In this document: positions 54,722-64,000 of the stretch, one piece after another
Position numbering within the stretch: position 1 is the stretch's first letter
Layout: the number at the start of each line of letters is the position of its first letter
Source of the DNA: Octopus sinensis
Lineage: Eukaryota
Length of the DNA stretch: 64,000 nt
Reading direction: 5' to 3'
Assembly: GCF_006345805.1 (NCBI RefSeq)
Contig: NC_043002.1
Coordinates: 108,996,001 to 109,060,000, forward strand
Program-made: the position numbers and the translations under genes
The notes under the pieces: generated by a model
Seen by the model: only the letters and a program-made list of their open reading frames with translations
Told to the model about the DNA's origin: nothing
Database searches by the model: none

Positions 54722-55118
54722 CTAGCAGTAAGGCCGGCGTTGCTCGGGTTTGTAAGGGAAATAACTATATAAGCATTTTTAGAGAGTTATAGCCAAAAAG
54801 TAGCAAAAAAATGCATTAAAATGGAAAAAAAATTATGGTAAATTTGTTTAAAAATCGTTGACTCATCGCAGATATTTTTAGAGAGTTACTTCCCTTATAT
54901 AATAGCGAAAAAATGCATTAAAATGGGAAAAAAATGATGGTAAATTTTATTTAAAATCGTAGACTCATCGTAGACGCGCGCTAATACCCAGAAGGGCTCG
55001 ATATGAATCACGACTATAAGATACCCGGTTTTGGTTACACTGCACCGCAAAATGTAGGAGTAGTTAGGAATCTAAATCGTAGGAGACAGACACACAACTT
55101 CACTTTTATATATAAAGA
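54722..55118 (-). mobile_element. Helitron-like element, same family as 15896-16291
   Basis: Reverse-complement copy with A|TC and CTAG|T ends. Confidence 0.85.
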
Positions 55119-55241
55119 TGTACATTCCACAGACATATGTAAAACGTTTACACAAATTACAAATGTGTAAGTAATTATGAACATGTGTGTGTATGTGTAT
55201 TAGAATTGATGGTTGTAGTGTGTTTTCCTGTTTGTTGAGAC

Positions 55242-55499
55242 CAGACCTGGCCATCCCTAGTTAAATTGCAGGCCACTTTGATCACAGGTTTTTTTTTGAG
55301 GGCTGCTTGTATACTTTATGCACTAATATTCAAATAAATGATAGAATCGAGAATTTTTCATACTCTTCGTTTGTTTAGAATTATAAAAATTATAATCTAT
55401 TTTGAAAAACACAATACTTCAAAAGAAGTATCAAGCGAACTGCAAGATAAACGCCTGCGGGCTGCATGCGGCCCGCGGGCATCAGGTTGGCCAGCCCTG
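55242..55499. mobile_element. hAT (Charlie-like) MITE
   Basis: Imperfect TIRs CAGACCTGGCCATCC / GGTTGGCCAGCCCTG; 8-bp flanks GTTGAGAC / GTCTAGAC; subterminal GCGGCCCGCGGG motif. Confidence 0.65.
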
Positions 55500-55518
55500 G
55501 TCTAGACCCAGATATATT

Positions 55519-55737
55519 TATTTCTTTACTACCCACAAGGGGACAAACAAGGACAGACAAACGGATTAAGTCGATTATATCGACCCCAGTGCGTAACTGG
55601 TACTTAATTTATCGACCCCGAAAGGATGAAAGGCAAAGTCGACCTCGGCGGAATTTGAACTCGGAACGTAACGGCAGACGAAATATGGCTACGCCTTTCG
55701 CCCGACGTGCTAACGTGTCTGCCAGCTCGCCGCCTTA
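55519..55737 (-). mobile_element. Family A SINE with an 18-bp TSD
   Basis: TCTAGACCCAGATATATT at 55501-55518 and 55738-55755. Confidence 0.9.
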
Positions 55738-56612
55738 TCTAGACCCAGATATATTATTGTGTTTCAGCTATGACCCCATAGTCTGTTATTTTCCGACACT
55801 GTCCATGGCTCTGTTAAGACTCGTTTTTTGTTTGTTTTTGTGTAACAAAAGTACAAGGAGTGGCTTTAAAAGAAGAAAAGAAAAGCTTTGTGCGTGTTTG
55901 TAAAAACCACTCCCTTTTATTTCTCAATGCCACCCATGTCAGGTTATCTGAGGTGATGCAATAAAGCTCTCGTTTTATTTGAAATGTCAGCCTAATACAT
56001 TTGAGTAGGTCACTGCAGTCTTGTCACCATGTTCTAACGAACCCTTTCTACTTACTGCAGGAATTACTTGGGCAAACTGACTGACTGTGACTGACTCATC
56101 GTAAAGCATTTCACCCTCTCCTTCCCTACTGTCGAAATCCCTTAGAAATAGTCAGACATTTAAGTTAATGTTAGAGTATTCCATGAGGGAGCATCAACGT
56201 GCTGGTCACATTCCTTTTTGATTTCAACATACTATCTCTCTCATTCGTGGAGGAACACATTGTGCTTTCATTGTCGGCCCTGATAAGTCAGTATTTCTAG
56301 GATAACATTATCTCATGTACACTGCTTTTATTTATTTAAGATAGTAAGGTGTATGAGGAAGATTTGGCTCTTATCTCTAGCAAGTGGACCCACTTAGACA
56401 AGATACTGGTGTTTCTTTGAGAATTTTAAAATTTTATTTTTGCTTTTTGGTTACTTTAGTTATTTGTTGTTTAGTTCCAGGTCAGTCTTGATCCAGCATG
56501 CTTTGATCGAAAGCGTTCTAGACATGACCATCCTGTTTTGTTTGTCAAACTATTCTGTGTCTGGGACTACGTTTTTTTTTTTGTTTGTTTTAAAAGAGTA
56601 GCGTATATAGTT

Positions 56613-56822
56613 GCGAGCTGGCAGAAACGTTAGCACGCCAGGCGAAATGCGTAGCCGTATTTTTTCTGCCGCTACGTTCTGAGTTCAAATTCCGCCAAGG
56701 TCGACTTTGCCTTTCATCCTTTCGGGGTCGATAAATTAAGTACCAGTTACGCACTGGGGTCGATGTAATCGACTTAATCCCTTTGTCTGTCCTTGTTTGA
56801 CCTCTCTGTAGTAAAGAAATAG
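56613..56822 (+). mobile_element. Family A SINE
   Basis: Consensus-like copy; TATATAGTTGC on both flanks. Confidence 0.85.
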
Positions 56823-57623
56823 ATATATAGTTGCTATTTCTAGCAGGTCGAGCGACTACATTGGCTCGAGTTATTTTCAGAAACAACCAGCTTTTTTTGA
56901 AAAATGTATAAATAAATAGGGCAACAGTTAAGGTTTTTTTTGTTGGGTTTTTTTTTACTAATGATCAGTTGAAAAAGACGGTTGTCTTTGCACCCTGAGC
57001 AGTCCGACATGCCGCCTGCGTGGCAATTCTCTTACGCTGACTTCAAATCTAATTACAAGACCCATTCAGCAGCAGAAACCGTCTTGTGAGTAAAATATAA
57101 CTGGCAGTTACTAGAATAGCTGCTTGTCTGCATCTTCCCCTTTGGTACAGCTTATAATTCAATGTATATACATACCCACTCTCTCTCTCTTTCTTACACA
57201 CACACCACAGAATTTCAAGATGTATGGAATAGAGTAAAATAGAAAATGGTAAATAATTTCTCGTGAGCCAAGCTAGCTGTCCGGTTTCAATTCCCGGGTA
57301 TGACCATGTCGCTAGTGTACCATTGGAAGCGATGCTGGTTAATTTTGTTTGTTGTTGTCTAGTACCAAATCAATTCCGATCGAGTAGACCTTTGATCAAA
57401 AAGCCTTCCATCCATGATCTCTCTTTTACTTGTTTCAGTCATTTGACTGCGGCCATGCTGGAGCACCGCCTTTAGTCGAGCAACTCGACCCCGGGACTTA
57501 TTCTTTTGTAAGCCCAGTACTTATTCTATCGGTCCCTTTTTGCCGAACCGCTAAGTAACGGAGACATAAACACACCAGCATCGGTTGTCAAGCAATGCTA
57601 GGGGGACAAACACAGACACACAA

Positions 57624-57706
<83 letters not shown>

Positions 57707-59579
57707 GACGGGCTTCTTTCAGTTTTCGTCTACCAAATCCACTCACAAGGCTTTGGTCGGCCCGAGGCTATAGTAGAAGACACTTGCCCAAGGTGCCACA
57801 CAGTGGGACTGAACCTGGAACTATGTGGTTGATAAACAAGGTACTTACCACAGAGCCACTCCTGCGCCTGTCTTTTTCTTTTTTTTTTTAGGCAATGGAT
57901 TGCATGACTCATTGTGTATATTCTTGTCTTCTTAAAGCAGTAGAGTGTAATATGGAAAAAAACCTTGTCATTTCTTGCAAGTCGAGCGACCATGTAGAAA
58001 ACCTTTCGTTGTAATAATTTCTTTTCATTTTCATTGCAGAGCAATGTCTGTGGTGGACGGCATTGTTCTTGTCTATCAATTCACATAGCAGTATAGCTAG
58101 GTAGATTGGCTAAGTGGATGACTAGGCAAGTTTACTGAGTAGGCTAGAAGGGCCATAAAAAACACTTCCTCGAAAAGTCCCATCCAACTCGTGTCAACGT
58201 GAAAAGCTAACGTAAAAACGGGAGTGGGGATCATGTTATAGATACCTATTGGTATTCACAAGTTGTAACAACTAAACATTTTAAAAATTACAGATTTATG
58301 TATCCAATTGAAAATTATTGTAGATTTTACAAATATGTTTACTTGTATATTTCCAGACCTGAGATCAGTGAAACTCTATATTTAAGTAAAAGCTAAGTAG
58401 ATCTCTAAATCTCGATTGACCAGCAGTTCTTGTAGATTTTAGAGTAGGATTTTATGATTTTGAAAGTTATGTTCTTTTATTGCATTCCAGAGAAATGATG
58501 TTCTGTCTAAAGGAGCAGTATCGCTACAATGTAATAGTCCTTTCCAATATAAGCACAAGGTCTGAAATTTTGGTGGGACTGTGCTAGTCCAGTGCTTCTC
58601 AAACAATCCAATGTGGTGTACCGACAGTTTTTTTTTTCCAATGTGTCAGGGAACAATAATATTTCTTAGTAATATTAATTTATACCGGAAACAATATACA
58701 TAATGAATGTAATAAAAGTTGCCTTTTTTTTATCTTATATTTATTTTGTAAACAATATTACATACAATATTACATAAGCATTTTATAATGTTTCTGTCTT
58801 TTCTGGAAACTCGCCGCGTACTGGCAGCTGGGAAGCCAGGAGGCTGCACCAGGCCCCAATATGATCTGGCAATGTTTCTACGGCTGGATGCCCTTCCTAA
58901 CGCCAACCACTCCGAGAGTGTAGTGGGTATTTTTTACATGCCACCAGCACAGGGGCCTGAGGAGCTGGCATCAACCACGATCAGATGGTGCTTTTTATGT
59001 GCCACTAGCATGGAAGAAGCCAGTCAAAGCAGAACTGGTATCGGCCACATTTGGATGGTGCTTCTTATGTGCAACCAGCACAGGGCTCACAACTACAATT
59101 TCCATTTAATTTTGGTTTTGATATTGCTGATGCTGATGTACTTGATTCAATAGGTCTCCTCATGCACGTGTGTGTCTTTGTCTTCACTACATGTGATAGT
59201 TGCTAACAAGTATCACTGTCACATAATCCATGTCCTTCCACCATTGCCACCAGTCTTCCATGAAAACATGTCCCAATTTGTCTACTCAAACCACAATCTT
59301 ACTTAATCCATTGTCTCTTTCCACTTTTTGACCTTCAGTCATTCCCTTCCACCCAGCCACTCACCTCTCCCTCTCTATTTACTTTCAACTTCTGTCAGTC
59401 ATTTTTATCTTTCGTTCTTCGCTCTCTGATATATTTTCAACGACTTTTTCATGCATCTCATTTACCATAGGATCTTTACTCACAACTACTACCTTCACCT
59501 TATCTCTATCTACATTTTTATCTCACTATTGCATCCATCACCACTATCGTCTTTTTGAATTTTTTATTCCTTTATTGTT

Positions 59580-59940
59580 AGGCGTAGCTGTGTGGTAAGA
59601 AGCTTACTTACCAACCACACTGCTCCGGGTTCAGTCCCTCTGTGTGGCATCTTGGGCGAGTGTCTTCTACTATAGCCTCGGGCCAACTAAAAGCCTTGTG
59701 AGTGGATTTTGTTGATCGAAACTGAAAGAAGCTTGTTGTATATATATATGTGTGTGTGTATTTGTCGCTTCACCATCGCTTGACAACCAATGTTGGTGTG
59801 TTTACGTCTCCATAACCTAGCAGTTCTGCAAAAAGTACCGATAGAATAAGTACCAGGCTTACAAAGAATAAGTCCTGGGGTTGATTAGTTTGACTAAAGG
59901 CAGTGCTCCAGCATGGCCATGGTCAAATGGCTGAAACAAA
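59580..59940 (+). mobile_element. Family B SINE, diverged
   Basis: Head AGGCGTAGCTGTGTGGTAAG and standard body. Confidence 0.8.
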
Positions 59941-60169
59941 TTTTTAAAAACAGAATTGTTAGCATTGCCAGACAAAACACTTTGGAGCCATTCTAGCTTC
60001 ATATTCTGCAAATACCACCATGACTGACTTTACCATTCTTCCTTTCTGGATATAATAAAATCTGTACCAGGTGAGCACTGGGGTTAATTTAATCAACTAG
60101 CTCACACTCCCTTTGAATTTCAGGCTTCGTTCCTGTCACAGAAAGAATTATTATTATTATTATTATTAT

Positions 60170-60700
60170 TGAGTGAGAGAGCAGTGCATGCCATCAAAGT
60201 GACACTGGGGTAAAATATACGAAGCCCAGTATACACATCATGACTACCTGTCTGATAAAGGTACACCAAGCACACACATCACAACCATATGTGCGCAACA
60301 TGGTGATCCCATATCAAGATAAACAGTACATGACCTTGCAGGTAGGGCTCAGTTAGAATTTTCTTCAAGTTGAGTAGCCCACTCAAAAGGTCTCTGAATA
60401 AGGTTTGTTAAGGATTTGAATGAAAGTCCCATGTTTCCAGTGGTGAATTATTCAAACCCCAAAGAATCCCTCTCAACACATGGCTATGAAGCTCCCCCAT
60501 TACTTCTGCTTGTGATCAGAGATGCACATATCGTCAGCCACCAAGGGACATACTCAACTGTTTATGGTCAAACAACTGACAAGCAAATCTGTGGTATTGA
60601 GCAGAATATTTGCTGTTGCCCATCTTTTATACCAAAGCCATGAGAGCCTCTGCCTGGTACTGCAGCCATACACAATCCCATCCACCTCCTCCATTCAAAA
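60170..60700 (-). mobile_element. Possible 3' end of a HERO/R2-like LINE
   Basis: Minus strand reads RQRLSWLWYKRW near 60620-60660, reminiscent of RLE-clade C-termini; short match only. Confidence 0.3.
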
Positions 60701-61629
60701 GGTCCCTGAATGATGTGCAGCTGTCGTTGACCCTGTGTGGAGAATCAGGAGTTAGAAACGACCTTACCCATTTTGGGTTGGAATTATTAAGTTGGAATTT
60801 TGTCAGCAGCTGTCATAGTAACCCTTTGCATTTGCTTTAATTATTGCATGTTTTGTGCTGTAATCTCTGTTCAGAATTTCAAAATGCCATCTGCCATCCC
60901 TGCAGGTAATAAAGAAATGAGAAAACACAGAAAGTGATGTTTGTCGGAAAACCTCCATGGTTCTGGGTTCAGTCGCACTGCGTGGCATCTTGGGCAAGTG
61001 TCTTCTGCTATAGCCCCGGGCCGACCAATGCCTTGTAAGTGGATTTGGTAGACGGAAACTGAAAGATGCCTGTCATATATATGTGTGTGTGTTTGTGTGT
61101 CTGTGTTTGTCCCCCTAGCATTGCTTGACAACCGATGCTGGTGTGTTTACGTTCCCGTCACTTAGCGGTTCGGCAAAAGAGACTGATAGAATAAGTACTG
61201 GGCTTACAAAGAATAAGTCCTGTGGTCGATTTGATCGACTGAAGGCAGTGCTCCAGCATGGCCGCAGTCAAAATGACTGAAACAAGTAAAAGAGTAAAAA
61301 GAGAGCAACATAAACGTGAAGTGTTTGACTGAAGAATTAAGCGTTGGACCACCCACTTGTGCAGTCTTAACAAACAGAAGGAGGAACTATTGAGGTTCTG
61401 TGATTGACTGAAGCTAATGAAAAATAGGAAAATATGTTGCATAGAGTGGAAAAAACTCTTCCTCTTGTGTTGATAGAAATCAATCAGTCTGTTTAGTGGA
61501 GGATGAGAATAAGATGCTTTGAATACCGAACAAGCAATCATGACAGTGAATACAATTAAAGAGAAAAACTGTTATGACAAAAATCTTTGTCATCTTTACT
61601 GACTTATGACTAACATCTCTTTATGATAC

Positions 61630-61780
61630 GTTATTTACATTTGACGGATATTTGTCCTCATCTTGCTTGTTGTTAGCACAACGTTTCGGCTGATATACTC
61701 TCCAGCCTTCATCAGGTGTCTTGGGGGAAATTTCGAACCAGGTTTCTCATTCCTAATGTATTTTTTAAATATAGAACTGT
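61630..61780 (-). mobile_element. Penelope-like tail fragment, same element as 6419-6929
   Basis: Near-identical to 6422-6555; joined to the inverted terminal piece TTAAATATAGAACTGT. Confidence 0.8.
61675..61720 (-). ncRNA. Minimal type I hammerhead ribozyme motif with intact core
   Basis: Minus strand reads GACAC-CTGATGA-A-GGCTG[GAGAGTATAT]CAGCC-GAAAC-GTT-GTGCT. Confidence 0.7.
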
Positions 61781-63926
61781 ATCTCTTTATGACGTTGTTC
61801 GGGGTAGTCAGAGTGTGTTAGTATAAAAGGGGTGTTTTACAGTGTTATATTTTGGCTCTAAGTCAACCCCTTCTCAACTGGTCCACATTCAAAACCACTC
61901 TAGTCAACACTACATGAATATGAAGAAGCTGCCCTCATTACCATATTGTCAAGATACTTGGAATAATGACAGCTGTTCATACTCTGGTATAGTTCACCAT
62001 ATTTCTGAGCAAACATGTTCACTAGACAGAATAGTTTGTCTTGTTTTAATAGATAAATAATGATGGTTTTAAATTAATTTCATGTCACTATGTTGCCATC
62101 CATAATACATCCACAATGTCATTGTTTATCACAATGGGCTCCATAGAGAAATAATCTGTTTAACAGTCCTCCATCATGTGTCTTTGTTGCTGATGGGTTA
62201 CATTAAAGAAGAGAGAGAGAGAAATAAAATGTTAGTTCACCATGTGAAACTGTGTGTTCCATAGTTATATAAGTGGAGAAATTATCCAACAACCTCTGGT
62301 GTGTCTTCGTAGCCTGTGGGCCTTGTCATGATATAGAGCAGTAGTTCCCAACCTTTTCACTACCAAGGACTCCTTTTTATTTAAATGAGTTTTCCTATGG
62401 ACTCCTTTTAATATGCTAATCCTTATATATATCATCATCATCATTTAATGTCCGTTTTCCATGCTAGCAAGGGTTGGATGGCTTGACTGAGGTCTGAAGA
62501 GCCTGTAGGCTGCACCAGGCTCCAATCAGATTCGGCAGTGTTTCTACAGCTGGATGCCCTTCCTAACACCAACCACTCCGAGAGTGTAGTGGGTGCCTTT
62601 TACGTGCCACGTACGGATAGTGCTTTTTACATGTTGCTGGCATGGGAGCCAGTCAGAGGGAACTGACATCAGCCATATTTGGATGGTGTTTTTTATGTGC
62701 CGCTGGCATGGAAGACGGTCCTGGCATCGGCCACGTTCAGATAGAGCTTTTTACATGCCACCAACACGGGAGCCAGTCAGGAGACACTAGCATCAGCCAT
62801 ATTTGGATGGTGTTTTTATGTGCCACTGGCATGGAAGATGGTCCTGGCATTGATCACGTTCAGATAGTGCTTTTTTACATGCCACCGGCAAGGGAGCCAG
62901 TCAGGGAGTATTGGCATGTTCAATATATATATATGAAATTTTGAAAGTCCTGGGATTGATTTAGTCAACTAAAACTCTTCAAGGCATTGCTCCGGCATGG
63001 TCACTGTCAGATGACTGAGGCAAGTAAAAAGATTAAAGAGTTTATACACAATAATCATCACTTAACATCCCTTTTCTTTGGAGGTTTGGGTTGGGCAGTT
63101 TGATAGGGTCCAACAAGCTACAGGACTGCATCAATCTGCAATGTTTTTTCTTTGACACGGTTTCTATGACTGGATGCCCTTCCTAATGCCAACTACTTTA
63201 CAGAATGTACTGGGTGCTTTTTATGTGGCACCAGCTCAAGTGAGGTCACCCAGTAACTTGCAAGACCAGAAAAGGCCCTTTACCTGAGTGGGAGTGTATT
63301 TGAGAGAGAAAAGAAGTTGCTTTATGCCTGGTGTTGAAGGGCTAAAATATGATGGGGGTGAGGGACAAGAACAGATAGCTTGTTATGGCTACCCAGTATT
63401 ATATAAGGGTGGGTGGTAGTAACTGAAAAGAAAATAAAGATGGTGATGATGAAGTTGGTGGAGCACACTTTCAAGGTACAAAAAATGTGTATGTGTGTGT
63501 AATGTACACACACACAAATATATATATATACATGCACACACATGTATATTTATCTCACATTTGTGCGTGTATGTTCTGCTGTTTCATATTATAACATTTA
63601 CAAGCAATGTTATTGTATTACACCTAAGTAATTTTAGCTTTTACCATCTGCAATTCCTAGCTTATGGAATAAATAAAGATGATACAATGTAAATTTGTAA
63701 CTGGAATTCAGAGAACTAATAATCTGTTTGAAATTCCTGGTAGAAGTTGTGTTAAAAGGCCGGAATGGTGGTGGTGGTGAGTGGCAGGTGCTACATTTGA
63801 GGAGTATTTTACAAGTTTCTTTATTCTGTTGGTACATAACATTCTTCTCTTGAACTATAGTATTTGTATAACTTCCTCTCTCATAAACCAAGTCAGTTGT
63901 CTTTTCAATATATTATTCTATTATGA

Positions 63927-64000
63927 AGGCGGCGAGCTGGCAGAAACGGTAGCACGCCGGGCGAAATGCGTAGCCGTATTTCATCTGCCGTTACGTTCTG
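63927..64000 (+). mobile_element. Family A SINE, cut by the window end
   Basis: GGCGGCGAGCTGGCAGAAACG head. Confidence 0.85.

Noticed and set aside
58040-58100. Acceptor followed by MSVVDGIVLVYQF, GTPase-like
   Set aside because: In-frame TAG after 14 codons and no partner exons

Overview
Repeat-dense animal genomic DNA. The repeat families and TA/CA microsatellite load point to an octopus or other coleoid cephalopod (inference; no search run). Two protein-coding genes are supported, both on the + strand. (1) SELENOM: three coding exons (4580-4650, 6186-6264, 10080-10181) with an in-frame TGA in a C-T-G-U redox motif, a U12-type GT-AG intron, a C-terminal HADL ER-retrieval signal and a canonical SECIS at ~10904-10976; the signal-peptide exon was not found in the window. 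(2) DNAAF2/kintoun: a large coding exon (30506-32236) with an ETS + RFX-like promoter; its later exons were not identified. The rest is mostly mobile DNA: tRNA-derived SINEs, RTE and CR1-like LINE fragments, Helitron-like elements, piggyBac-, hAT- and Tc1-type MITEs, a mariner relic, minisatellites and long inverted repeats. The most unusual element has a tRNA-like Pol III head and a Penelope-like tail carrying a minimal type I hammerhead ribozyme; it forms a palindrome in a SELENOM intron (6419-6929) and recurs with an intact core at 61675-61720. A 1.8-kb near-identical tandem duplication (46.6-50.3 kb) may be an assembly artefact.
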